Below, one piece after another: positions 48,030 through 59,582 of a DNA stretch of 64,000 nt. Made by a program: the position numbers and the translations under genes. Each line of letters opens with the position of its first letter. Position 1 is the first letter of the stretch. The notes beneath the pieces are model-generated. The model was not told where the DNA came from, made no database searches, and saw nothing but the letters and a program-made list of their open reading frames with translations. Origin of the DNA: Fistulifera solaris (Eukaryota); the NCBI GenBank assembly GCA_030295235.1, contig AP026123.1:186001-250000 (forward strand). The letters are read 5' to 3'.

Positions 48030-48604
48030 CTAGTTTTGCTAACATGGGTGTCCAAAAGAAGCGAAGAATGGAGTGATGGTGTGTGATCAGGATATTACCG
48101 AATATCCGGGTCTCCCTCTGTCGATGAATAAATTTCCCTACGAGAAACTACGTTAAACCTACGTAGATGTTCGGAGCGTTGCATCATTCGTTCCATCCAC
48201 GTTTTTCTTTCCTCCAATCGAAGGCGTTTAATGTTTCCTGACACGAAGCAACTACGGCTGACAAGGAAGCGTCGACACCTGTGCACTGCAAATTCAAGAA
48301 ATCGGATGATTTCGAAAAACGCAATATCCGGGTCTCCCTGCAGAGATAAATTTCCTACTACGGCTACACAGAATACGCGTAGACATTGGAAGCGCTATAT
48401 CTTTCTACTTTTTTATGTTTCAATGTCCAATGAGTGTCGATTATTGCTTAATCACGCGCATATGCGATGTTGGGCATAATTTGGTTGACACTATCGTTCA
48501 AAAGACTCGAAGAATGTTGTGATGGTGTGATCAGGATATTACCGAATATCCGGGTTTTCCTCTGTCGAAAAATTTCCCTACGAGAAACTACGTGAAACCT
48601 ACGT
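48030..48604 (-). repeat. Diverged inverted copy of the 428-bp/214-bp repeat family at 17668-18402
   Basis: AATATCCGGGT..C(T)CTG..AAATTT(C)CCTAC cores at ~48101, ~48323 and ~48545; flanks are reverse complements of the 17.7-18.1 kb unit. Confidence 0.88.
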
Positions 48605-48709
48605 ACCAGGGTAGACGTTCGAATATTCGAAGCACTAAAATTAACGTTGCAGTCGATTATTTACACGAAGGTGAAAGTGAAAGCATTGATTTATTTGCAA
48701 AGAAAGAAT

Positions 48710-49186
48710 ATGACCAGATTTCTACAAAGGATTATTCTCCTGTTGATTGTTTTGGTTGCGACTACCGAAAGCTTTGTTTCTCATTCCGCGGCGTCACGAT
48801 CTCGCAAGTGCGCAACATCGTGTTTTGCACAAATCACGGAACAAGAAGCACGGAAAAGCATTGACAAAGTAGTGGCTGCGTTACGAAAAGATAAGGAAGC
48901 AATAAACGAACTGGGTAGGCTCGAAAATGTAACGAATATTCTCGGTTTCGGTAGTCCTGTGGCTGGAAGTATTGCCGTTCGTTTCAATGCTTCTTTCCGA
49001 AAGGGAGGATTTGGGCGGTCTTCGATACCGATGCCATTCGGACTCGGTCAAACTAACAAGTCGGAAGGACGAGGGACTATGGTCGGTCAAGTGAAGGCTA
49101 GTCTCGACGCAAAAAGCGGAAAAGTTACTAGTTGCTCGGTCTTTCGAGATCTAGGATACGGAAGAGCATTCAATTTAAAGTGCTAG
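48710..49186 (+). CDS. Hypothetical protein with plastid-type leader
   Basis: MTRFLQRIILLLIVLVATTES-FVS leader; compact domain ending FRDLGYGRAFNLKC. Confidence 0.72.
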   Translation: MTRFLQRIILLLIVLVATTESFVSHSAASRSRKCATSCFAQITEQEARKSIDKVVAALRKDKEAINELGRLENVTNILGFGSPVAGSIAVRFNASFRKGGFGRSSIPMPFGLGQTNKSEGRGTMVGQVKASLDAKSGKVTSCSVFRDLGYGRAFNLKC

Positions 49187-49241
49187 TTACAGAATACGGC
49201 AAACTAAAGGCAACAAAATGATACCTGGTACTTTTAGCGTC

Positions 49242-50065
49242 TCAAATCTCGCCTTCTTCCGTCAACACAATTGTCTTCTTGTAGGCACCATTTAAGGTCG
49301 TCCACTGGACTTTCTTCTTATGCACGGTCTGCCGATCTTGAGCCCACTTTTCTTGCAGCGCCCGCTGTCGATCTTGCACTAATCTAGACTTGCGACCCAG
49401 TCGTTCCTCCCGCTTGGTCACCCAATGATCTTTGAGGTCCATTTGATCGGCAAAGCAATCGCTGAATAATGTTGAATTGGCAGTTGAAAAGGCATTTGTT
49501 GAAGCGTGGGTAGAGTCGTAACTCTCTCTGTGGAAGGTAATAGTTTCTTTTGGATTCGAATGTTCAAATGCGGCAAAATTCTTACTGCTTTCTCCAGTGG
49601 CACTGCTGCTTCTGCGTGCTCCCCGACGTGAAGTATCACGGGTGTTAGCCTCCAACTTTCTAGGCGAATTTTTAGGAACCATTATCTCTTTTGGGGAATG
49701 CTCTTCTGCTGAGGACCGACGACCTTTCTCTTTTGGTGCTTTCGGGAATTCCATGCAGGGTATTCGCTGTTGTAAGAAACCACCCTTCTTTTCGGTTCTA
49801 CCTGATTGTCGAGTTTGGCACTGCTATGCGCAGCGTGTTCTTGTTTTGGAGGCTCTTTAGCTATGGTGCTGCTTGGCGACTCTTGAGTAAGGGGGATATT
49901 GCTCTTTCGAGAGTCGTGTTGACGAAGGTGTTCTTTACTGGAAGCGGGTCTCTTTGAAACCTGTCCTTTCTGGAAGTGACTTTGATGCTTCTCGCTCACG
50001 CTAGCAAGCCATTGCCTTAGTTCGCTCACAGACATTTGCACAGGCGAGTCTCTATCATGGTTCAT
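49242..50065 (-). CDS. Hypothetical low-complexity protein; two ORFs joined by a frameshift near 49790
   Basis: ORFs 49682-50065 and 49242-49754 overlap and join with one indel. Confidence 0.55.
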
Positions 50066-50452
50066 TTTAAACGACTAGCTAGGTCTTTTATAAATGGCAA
50101 TAGTCACTTTATCAACGCTCAAGTCTTGCAAATGTTCTTTTTGTGAGGAAGCGAATCAAGGACGCATGCAAACATGCATTATGAATGGTTTCGTAATCGG
50201 TAAATTGATTTTTATTTCGTCACGGGAATGACATTTGATTATTGATGTCAGTCCGTTCTAATCGTCACGATTCTATGTATGTGCGTTTCTGTGAGGTGCG
50301 CAGTCGTGTCTCGTGTCTCTGGAAAGCGTTGCAATGCACCTCAACTTGCTGCAACGACAGCAAAGCTTATTCTTGTCGTACTTTATCACTTTGAAAAGAA
50401 GTGACGCCAGTGAATAGTGCTCCGGTGGATAGCAAAATCAGCAAGTTTCTTG

Positions 50453-51772
50453 TCAACCAAAAAGCTTTGTTGTCAGAGGAGCAGAACTCATGAGATCGGG
50501 GCAAGCTTGGATCATGCTGAAAATGATCTCCAAGGAAACATCATATTCGTATGCTAATTGGAAGGGAGTCCGACCCTGATTATCTTGCATTCGTGCTGAT
50601 TCGGGTGATTCTTGCAGAAGCATCTTCAAGCACTCGTCTGGTTGCCTCTGTTGAATGGCGATGTGGATTGGTAATTTGCCCTCACTGTTAGGAGTGTCAA
50701 CCGCCGGTCGATACTCATTAATTAAATACCTCACCACCGCCATGGATACTTTCGAATGAAGTGCTTTATGCAGAGGTAGCTCGCATTTGATTCTACATGT
50801 AGAAGACACCAAAGCTGGTTGCTCATCGACCAGCATTTCGACCACCGCCAACATGTCATCGGCAGTCATGCTCAACGAGTCGGAAAATACACAATCGAGA
50901 GAAGTTCTCCCCATGAAGTCTCGCTGTGCCAGTGCATCTTTGTGCATGTAGGATACGAGCAATCGGATGACTTGCACGTCTCGTCGCTTCAATATTGCTA
51001 AATGTAATGGTAAACACCCTTCGGAGTCCACCAACCGCGTACTATGGACACGTTTTCTTACGAAAAACTCGATCACTTCAATTTCATGATCGTATATAAT
51101 CGCCAGATGCAATGGCAGTCGTCCTTCGTTATCGGCTTTTAACAGGGCATCTGGATATTCTCGCGCCCAGTAACGAATCAATTCGGTCGTCGCACTTTCC
51201 ATCAATGCGTAGTGTAGTGGCAAACACTCGTAATCATCTGGCTTGCACAAAGCTTCAGGATATTTTGACACCAAGAGTTCGACTGTTTTGTGCGGAATCT
51301 CTTCGGAAACGGCCAAGTGCAGCGGCATACGGCCTTCCCCATCTCCTCGCTCGAGTCCCTCCGGAAACTTTTCGACAAGAAACTGTATGATATCTTTCGA
51401 TGCATTCCCTTGCACTGCGACGTGCAACGGCAGCTGTCCTAAATAACACGCCGTTTGAATGGCCCATTCGCATCGTTGATAGATAAATTGTACGATGCGG
51501 AGATCCGCATTTCCTTGACATGCTACATGCAATGGCATTTTTCCGTCGGGGTCTACTACAGAGACACACCGAGGATCCTCCGCAATTAAATCAATCACTT
51601 TTTGATACGAGCAGCAACCGGAATTCAGCTCGTACGTCAATTTCGAGTAAGGATCGAGCCGCGGCATTCGTTCATAGAACGCATCGGAAGCTCCAGACGA
51701 AACGGGCGGCGCCGACAGTCGACGTTTCGACTCGGCTTTTGCCTCCATTTGTAAGGCAAAGCAATGAAACAA
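50453..51772 (-). CDS. Ankyrin repeat protein; start uncertain (ATG 51748, or 51809 with an indel)
   Basis: About 10 G.LPLH.A repeats. Confidence 0.93.
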   Translation of the reverse strand: MFHCFALQMEAKAESKRRLSAPPVSSGASDAFYERMPRLDPYSKLTYELNSGCCSYQKVIDLIAEDPRCVSVVDPDGKMPLHVACQGNADLRIVQFIYQRCEWAIQTACYLGQLPLHVAVQGNASKDIIQFLVEKFPEGLERGDGEGRMPLHLAVSEEIPHKTVELLVSKYPEALCKPDDYECLPLHYALMESATTELIRYWAREYPDALLKADNEGRLPLHLAIIYDHEIEVIEFFVRKRVHSTRLVDSEGCLPLHLAILKRRDVQVIRLLVSYMHKDALAQRDFMGRTSLDCVFSDSLSMTADDMLAVVEMLVDEQPALVSSTCRIKCELPLHKALHSKVSMAVVRYLINEYRPAVDTPNSEGKLPIHIAIQQRQPDECLKMLLQESPESARMQDNQGRTPFQLAYEYDVSLEIIFSMIQACPDLMSSAPLTTKLFG

Positions 51773-52539
51773 CCGGCGCCGATAGACGTCGTGATTTAAT
51801 AGCAGACATGATTATGACGGAGAGAGAAATAATTCATTGCCCGAATCTGAGTTGCGAAGGGAATGTTTCTTTGAATGCACACAATAAGAAAGAGCGGAGA
51901 TCCTACCGACCGCGCAACCGCAAAAACAGCGAACACAGAAGAAAAGCAACCACGTTGCTCCAGCAACCCTCTACTCATCAACTAGACTAGTACCGAGTAA
52001 AGCAATAAAAGCCAACAACAGCATGCAGCATACGCAGCAAGACGGCGACGCAAGGACGCAAGACGCAAGACACACCCGCAAAAATCAAGGCGAAAATAAA
52101 GCGCAAATAATAAAACACGGCCCAAGAAAAAGCAACAACGAGAGATGTCCAAAACTGCACCCCCAAAAAGTACTGCACGTGGCACGATTTGACGCTTAAT
52201 CACTAATCAAGACCCACCTGTACACTTATTGTGATACAAACACAATCTTGTCTATTGCCCCGGTCTGTGTGTCACATTCTGTAAGGCAGTCATCCTTCTT
52301 CAATTTTTACAGGCATTCCTACGGTTTGTCTTTACATAAGGATACTTGCTGACGGATGGGCCCGTCATTTCTTTGGACCTTCCCGACTCAAAACAATACG
52401 CAACTTCCGATGAGAGGACGAGAATTTGAAAAAGGCCAACTTCCCAAGGTTTTGAGACTCAAAGAAAGTTCTCAAGCAACTTCCAAAACATCACTTTTAT
52501 CACAAAAAGGCGAAACAACTTCGAATGACCGTTTTGAAG

Positions 52540-53323
52540 ATGTCTTCGAACTTACAGCGGCTTTATACGGCGGCAATCGCGCTCAATAACATGGCGATCT
52601 CCTTTATCGAGCGCGGATTGTATGCACCCGCGAGCGAAACGTTAAACAGCGCCGCGATGCTCATGAAAGATATTTCCACTCTCTCGCTCGCACAAGCGGC
52701 GTGCTCTCAAGATGACGGAACTCGTCAGAAGATCGCGGATATGGTTCGCCGGGCGGAGGGTTATCTCGGGCTAACTGGAATCAAGCCGCAGTTCAGCGGC
52801 ATCACTCTTCGAGTGGTGAACGAAGATTCGGCAGTCTCTGCCGTTGGAGCCGCCCAAAACAAGGATCTCGCACTTTGGGAGACAAGAAGTATTGTAGTCA
52901 TTCGGATGGAAGTGGGATCGATTCAAGATCTCCGCTTCCGCGACCTAACGTTGATTCCAGTTACATTCTGTTCAACTTGGGGTGTGCTCAATTGTGCCGA
53001 GCCTTCAGTTTGGAGACGAAAAGCCTATCGCACGCACTCGTGAATAATGCTCAACGACTCTTTCTTTTCTCTCTTACTGTCTTAGAGAATGTAATTGAAG
53101 ATATGGAAGCTGGAGGAGACGGCAACGACGAGAGCGACCTGTGTTACATTTTACCGGCAGTCATTTTTGTTCTTCGCAACCTAACAAAACTGCATCTATG
53201 CTTGGACAGCATGCGAATGTTGAACTGTTTAGTTCTCAGGCAGATTCCTTTGAAGAATTCTTCATTGAGCAAACGTATCTAGCGTTGCTGTTTGCACCGC
53301 TTTCGGCTGCAGCAGCTGCATGA
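52540..53323 (+). CDS. Hypothetical helical/TPR-like protein; frameshifted
   Basis: AAIALNNMAISFIERG..ETL..A and ILFNLG pattern across ORFs 52525, 52875 and 53141. Confidence 0.55.
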
Positions 53324-53760
53324 AGGGCGGCGGCGGCCTTATCGAACTTTTGCTTTCATTTTTGACAGTATTACATTTTTAATGATTACCTCGCATCTAC
53401 CCTACCGTCTTGTTCTTCTTAGCAGATTGGTAGGAAGATTGGAGCGCTAGGGAACTCAGTGCCCTAGCTACCGTATCGCGTCACTTGATTGATGGCCGAC
53501 GGTCATCGTTCGTCATCATACATTTTACAATGATTACGTCACCGATACGTCACATACGTCAGGGTACACACCACATGATACACAGCCGTTCCAATGTCAG
53601 TGGAATGCCTATGCGGCTGACCTTAGACTTCCGTCGCATCGATATAGACGACGACTTCAAATAATAATGCAACATTTATTTTTGAAATCACAACGCTCAG
53701 TGGACTATTCTGATTGATAAAACCGTCTCGTTGCAAGATTTTACGCACAAGAGAAGCGAA

Positions 53761-54748
53761 ATGAAGCCGTTTCTATTCATTTTCCTACTCGCAAATCTCG
53801 GCGTGGCTTGGGCTATGACATCATCATCGAATTGTGCGGTATTTGGGGTCGGCGTTCTCGGCACCAGCCTCTGCCGACAAATTCTCGATGCCTATCCCGA
53901 AGCCAAGGTCACAGGAATCACCAAAACAACCAATCGACATGAAGAAATCTTGAATCACGTAGGCGGAACTCACAATGGGCGCTTCCATCTCTGTACAAGT
54001 GATCAAGTCAATCAAAGATACGAGAACGTCGTTTTTGTGCTCCACCATCCGGATTTGAAGATTACGCAGGCGCCGTGAAAGACGTCATCGACAATGTCTG
54101 GAGCGGGCCTGAAAATGGAGGCGTCTTTATATTTACTTCCAGTGGTGGAATGTGAGTGCAATCGTGTCTGCGGCGTCATTCTCGCAGAATCCTTCTCTGA
54201 CCAGTTTCTTTGTATTCATCTCGCACAGATACGGCGCCGGCAATCGCCAGTCGATTACAGAAGATTCCCCCGTAGCCGACCCGAAAGACAATCCCCGTGT
54301 AGCGCGTCTCATTGGTGCGGAAGAAGTCGTTCGTGCCGCCGGTGGATGCTGTCTCCGTTTGGCTGGACTCTACAATTTACAACGAGGACCTCACAATTTT
54401 TGGCTGACGAGTGGTAAGGCTGTTTCCGGTGGCCCCGATGGTATTATTAACATGCTGCATTACGATGATGCAGCTGGGGCATGTGTGGCTGCTTTGAAGG
54501 CGGATCCCGAGAAAATTCGCGGGAAGAATTTCCTCATCAGCGATGGCCATCCACTTTCACGTAAGCAGATCTGTGAAGCTGCGTTACAGGCTAGCGTTTA
54601 TCAAGCGTGCAATTTGCCGGAGTTCTTAGGGAATGACGATTCACTATCCAACTTGGGGAAAGTATACGATGGGACCTTCAGTAATCAAGAACTTCAATGG
54701 AAGCCTGAATATGAATCTATGTTCAGTTACTTTCGTCAGTACCAATAG
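53761..54748 (+). CDS. NAD(P)-binding epimerase/dehydratase-like (atypical SDR) protein with signal peptide; extra T at ~54032-54036; intron 54152-54228
   Basis: VFGVGVLG Rossmann motif, spliced FTSSGGIYG, LRLAGLY, INMLHYDDAA. Confidence 0.85.
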
Positions 54749-55089
54749 CTTCATTTGATAGAATAAACTAAATAGATTTGCTATGATTAATGAAGCCAAT
54801 ATCCTAGATCAAGAGCGCTATCCTCGAGATCGTTGTCGCAGCAGGTGTTTTCGACAATCCACTTCAAACTATAGTTACAATCAGTATCATTTTTGTTGAC
54901 AACAGCAGTACATCAAAAGCATTTCGTTCTAGATAATATACATCTATTGTGCCATTCCGGTGCAAAAGAGATGCAATTATCTTTCAAGGACTCCTCATGA
55001 CGCAGGAGTGAAATCCGGTCGTGGCATAGACATTCCACCATCATCTCTACTTTGTATAGTCTATCTATAAGCTCACATCGAAGCAGTAA

Positions 55090-56160
55090 ATCAAGATGCT
55101 GCGTTTCTTATGAGTTGGGTATCTAGATGACACCCAACAACTGCACTAAGATTTAAATCATAGCACTTTGCGCTATCATTATTTGTTATTTTGTGGCCCT
55201 CTTTGTAGCCCTTCTATTCGTTTTCCGAAATTGGGAGCGTGACTGAAGATCAGTCGCGGGTCACCGTAAACCAACACATTGATCCTATAGTGAAATGTCA
55301 GTCAATGATACGGAAGCGTTTCGAAGGCGTCAATGAAGCTGTTGCGCTTCGAATGAAATCAGTATTTTTACCACGACACCCGGAAAAGCCTAAAAATTGA
55401 TTTTACATTTTGCCCAATCAGTTGTGGTTCAGATTGTAGCCCTTCTATTCGTTTTCCGAATTTGGAGCGTGACTGAAGATCAGTCGCGGGTCTCCGTAAA
55501 CCAACACATTGATCCTATAGTGAAATGTCAGTCAATGATACGGACGCTTTTCGAAGGCGTCAATGAAGCTGTTGCGCTTCGAATGAAATCAGTATTTTTA
55601 CCACGACACCCGGAAAAGCCTAAAAATTGATTTGACATTTTGCCCAATCAGTTGTGGTTAAGTTTGTAGCCCTTCTATTCGTTTTCCGAATTTGGAGCGT
55701 GACTGAAGATCAGTCGCGGGTCTCCGTAAACCAACACATTGATCCTATAGTGAAATGTCAGTCAATGATACGGAAGCTTTTCGAAGGCGTCAATGAAGCT
55801 GTTGCGCTTCGAATGAAATCCGTAACTTTACCTCGACACCCAGAAAAGCTTAACAGTTGATTTGGCATTTTGCCCAATCAGTTGTGGTTAAGATTGTAGC
55901 GCTTCTATTCGTTTTCCGAATTTGGAGCGGTCTCCGTAAACCAACACATTGATCCTATAGTGATCTTGCATTCAATGACACGGAAGCTTTTCGAAGGCGT
56001 TTAAAATCAAGATGTTGCGTTTCAAATAAAATCAGTAAGCTGCATTGACACTCAATAACAGTCTTCAGATCGATTTGACCCGTGTATTTTGTACAATCAT
56101 TTGTGCCCGCGAGCTTGCCGTCGTTCTATTCGTTTTCCGGAGTAGGAACGTGACTGAATT
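55090..56160 (+). repeat. ~230-bp tandem satellite: 3 near-identical units, 1 internally deleted unit, degenerate flanks
   Basis: TGTAGC(C/G)CTTCTATTCGTTTTCCGAA at 55204, 55435, 55665 and 55895; remnant at ~56124. Confidence 0.95.
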
Positions 56161-56383
56161 ACAGATTGCAGTCGTGACAACCCCTAATATAGTACTCCGG
56201 AGTATTTTTTCCGCTCGTCATTTTTTGTCACATCACAGCGTTGACGACGACGATGATGCGATCATCTTCTTTCGCGTTTCGAAATGAGGTGAACTCTTTG
56301 TCAGAAGCACTCAAACAAGCGAGCAGACAGTATTGACCGGAATAGCTGCACAGGGAACTGACAGTCAGACAATAAGAAATCAA

Positions 56384-57613
56384 ATGGATCACTTATCTTC
56401 GAGAGAAGAGCGCAAAGCACGATGGTACTCTAAGGTGAGGCCGCGCTTTCTACAAATAGTTCCTGCACAGAAACGACAGGACTTTTTGAATGACACAAAC
56501 GACAATTCTAGAAGCATTCCCTATACATGGTTTCAGAAGGATGATATTGATGATACTTTTTCGATCACGGATCTTTTGCATACTTGTCTCCGCAAAGATG
56601 GCTTTGTCGTGATTAGTGGTGTCTTAAGCGATGATGAATGTCAAGCTGCTTTAATTCAAGCCTGGGACTGGTTGGAAGCTGCCAGTCGGGCGGAGCACAA
56701 TCTGCAGGGTAGTGAAACGCAACCAACAGGTCCGATGATTGATCGCAATGATATGACGACTCTTCGAACGGGTGTTTTCCCTACGAGCCTCGAAGGAGGG
56801 ATTCTACCATTTTACGGATCGGGCCATTCCACAGCGGCGTGGACCATTCGATCGCATCCGTCGATACGTGCTGTTTTTCGGACGTTGTTTCAGACGGATG
56901 ATTTAATCGCATCGTTGGATGGAATGGTTCTATGGCATTCCCATCAAATGCTAACGGATTTCGGATGGTTTCATATCGACCAGAATCCACGGGAGAAACC
57001 GGGGCTTTGCAGCTATCAAGGGTTGCTCAATTTACTTCCTGTGACTCCAAGCACGGGTGGGAATGTTGTAGTCCGAGGATCACACAATTTGTTTCCCGAT
57101 CATTACCTAAACCATCCAGATTCAAACTGCCGAGAGTTTTACAACATTCGCTTGGATGAGCTGAACGGTGACGATTGGATGGAAATCGATCCGAACGATC
57201 ACACAGCAATTCACCCGCAGAAAGTGATTTCGTTATTGCTAAAACCCGGGGACTTTCTCTTGTGGGACTCTCGAACCATTCACTGTTCCCACCCTCCATC
57301 CACAACACCCTTCGCTTCACTTTCACCCCAACTCGTGCGTGCTGCTACACTGGTCACCATGATGCCCACGAGTTGGGCAAATTCAGAAGTGCGACAAAAG
57401 CGACAGGAAGCTGTTCAACGACAAAGGACACTTTCACACTGGGCTAATCGCGTGGCTCCGTTAGGAGCTGAATGCGATGAACAAGTCCAGCTGGAGGCCG
57501 CGCGAGTAGATTTCATTCGTCAGTGGCAGGAAGCGACTCAACAAGTAATTCTTTGCGATTGGGACGATCTAAATCCTTACCAACAGTCTCTCGTCGTGGG
57601 AAAGAAACTATGA
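56384..57613 (+). CDS. Phytanoyl-CoA dioxygenase (PhyH)-family 2OG-Fe(II) oxygenase
   Basis: DGFVVISGVL, WFHIDQNP (HxD), QGLLNL, VVRGSH, GDFLLWDSRTIH. Confidence 0.9.
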   Translation: MDHLSSREERKARWYSKVRPRFLQIVPAQKRQDFLNDTNDNSRSIPYTWFQKDDIDDTFSITDLLHTCLRKDGFVVISGVLSDDECQAALIQAWDWLEAASRAEHNLQGSETQPTGPMIDRNDMTTLRTGVFPTSLEGGILPFYGSGHSTAAWTIRSHPSIRAVFRTLFQTDDLIASLDGMVLWHSHQMLTDFGWFHIDQNPREKPGLCSYQGLLNLLPVTPSTGGNVVVRGSHNLFPDHYLNHPDSNCREFYNIRLDELNGDDWMEIDPNDHTAIHPQKVISLLLKPGDFLLWDSRTIHCSHPPSTTPFASLSPQLVRAATLVTMMPTSWANSEVRQKRQEAVQRQRTLSHWANRVAPLGAECDEQVQLEAARVDFIRQWQEATQQVILCDWDDLNPYQQSLVVGKKL

Positions 57614-57714
57614 ATGAATAGATATCGTTGAATCACTGTTGGACTTGTAGCAATATCAAATTCTTGTTATACGCACGCAGCAACCAAATGTCTGGCTGGT
57701 TAAATTAAAATCTG

Positions 57715-58889
57715 TTAAAGTTTCACATTCCATCCGTACTTGTCTTCAACTTCACCATTCTGAATGGCTCGCACTTTGTCGTAAAGTTTACGTGTCACCG
57801 GACCAATCTCGCCTTCCCCGAATTTGTATTGCTTAATATCATCTCCATCCAACCGTGTAATACTACCCACCGGTGTCACGACAACAGCGGTGCCCACCGC
57901 CAAGACTTCATCGAATTCGTCCAACTCCTCAATGTCAATATCACGCTGCTCCACTTTCATTCCTTCCTCTTCCGCCAGTTGCATCAATGCCTTGTTGGTG
58001 ATGGATGGTAACACGGAAGGCGATTTCGGAGTGACATAACTGTTGGTAGCGTGTTTGATCCCGACAAAGTTACTGGTACTGAATTCTTCAATCTTGCTTT
58101 GCGTCTTCGCGTCCAAATACAGTCCAATCGGAAATCCCTGTTTCTTGGAAAGCATATTGGGCAGCAAGTCCGCCGCATAGTTCCCGGCCACTTTGGCCGC
58201 TCCCACTCCCGCGGTGCCGCTCGATCAAAGTCGGTAATCAAAAGACCCTTGACGGGACTGGCCAAGCCTCCCTTGTAATAATCACCCACCGGAATGACGA
58301 GACACACAAAGGTGTACTCATCGGCCGGTTGCAAACCAATGCGGGGACCCGATCCAAACAGAATGGGACGAATGTAAAGGGCTCCTCCAGAACCATACGG
58401 CGGAACATATTCAATATTATCGTTAACGACTGCTTTGACGGCATCAATGAACAAGTCGGTGGGCATTTGGGCCATGCGGATGCGATCACACGAAGCTTGC
58501 ATGCGTTTGGCGTTTTCATCGGGTCGGAAAATATTGACGGTCCCATCTTCGTGACAAAAGGCTTTGAGTCCTTCAAAACAGGCTTGACCGTAATGCAGTG
58601 CTGTCGCACCGATGTGTAGTTTGATGTAGGGTTCTGTGACCAATTCTGGTTTCCCCCAACCTTCCCCTTCTTTGTAAGTGACACGCACATGACTGTTGGT
58701 CGGGCGAAATTCAAATCCCAATTCTCCCCACGGAACATCTAATTCGGCGGTACCGGGTTTTTTCGTTTGCAGAGACATTTGAAGTTGCGTTGCATCGAGT
58801 GCTCTTGTAGGAATACCTGATGCAAGAAAGGCGAACGAAGAGACGGGCAGCCAACAGGCTAGTAACAAGGTGCTTTGTATAAATCTCAT
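57715..58889 (-). CDS. BCAT: Branched-chain amino acid aminotransferase, plastid leader; missing base at ~58208-58210
   Basis: LHYGQACFEGLKA, ALYIRP, corrected RAAPRGVGAAKVAGNYA (PLP Lys), LPSIT, GTAVVVTPV; leader SFA-FLAS. Confidence 0.95.
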
Positions 58890-59582
58890 GGTGTGCTTTG
58901 CGGATAAATGAATGGCTCTTTAGCCGTCGAATGATCCTGTCGACAAAAGTAATTTAACGAGCTTGTCTTATTGCTATGTAAAGGATGCGTTTGATTGGCA
59001 ATGATTGACGTCCTTAGAAACAAAACACAAAAAAATAAAAGCGGCTATCGATGATTGTGAACGTCTGGATCTGTCAGTTGTCAGTCAGACGGTACGGGTC
59101 TGAGCTGGTCCTTCATCGTGACGTCATAGAACCACACTTTACGTTTATAGTGAAAACTCGCAGAGATACTTCTTTTGAAATTTTGCCGCTATTAAAAGGT
59201 CTGGAGGCAAAAGTTTCCACATGAGGAACACGACTTTACAAGAAAATCATTAAGTTGAAATGGATCATGGCTAACGTAAGCTACACGTAGTCCGTATTTT
59301 CTTCTTGTATCATTACTCATGACTGAAAGGCAGTCGTGGGGAAATGTCTTCTATTACTCCGGACTCCGGAGTACTACGTAGTATTACACTTGGGGCTATA
59401 CTGCACAATCATTTTCGTCTGTCTTGGTCCGATTTTTGGGCGTCAGGGTCATTCATGTTGACAGCTCTCGATCGTTTCAAGCAAAGTGATATTTTTTGAT
59501 CGAGATGCCAACCATTGCAAGGCAAAATATCCCCTAGCATCAATTTTCCCCTGTCAAATAGTAGCAGAAAGACAAGTACCGC

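Noticed and set aside
55397..55860. Two near-identical small ORFs (77 and 68 aa)
   Set aside because: They are by-products of the 230-bp satellite units and lack ATG starts
42955..58889. Pseudogenes or programmed frameshifting in pyrB, BCAT and others
   Set aside because: Indels go in both directions, sit in homopolymers and affect core metabolic genes with no other decay; sequencing error is more parsimonious
29663..58889. Branched-chain amino acid gene cluster (cimA-like + BCAT)
   Set aside because: 26 kb apart with many unrelated genes in between
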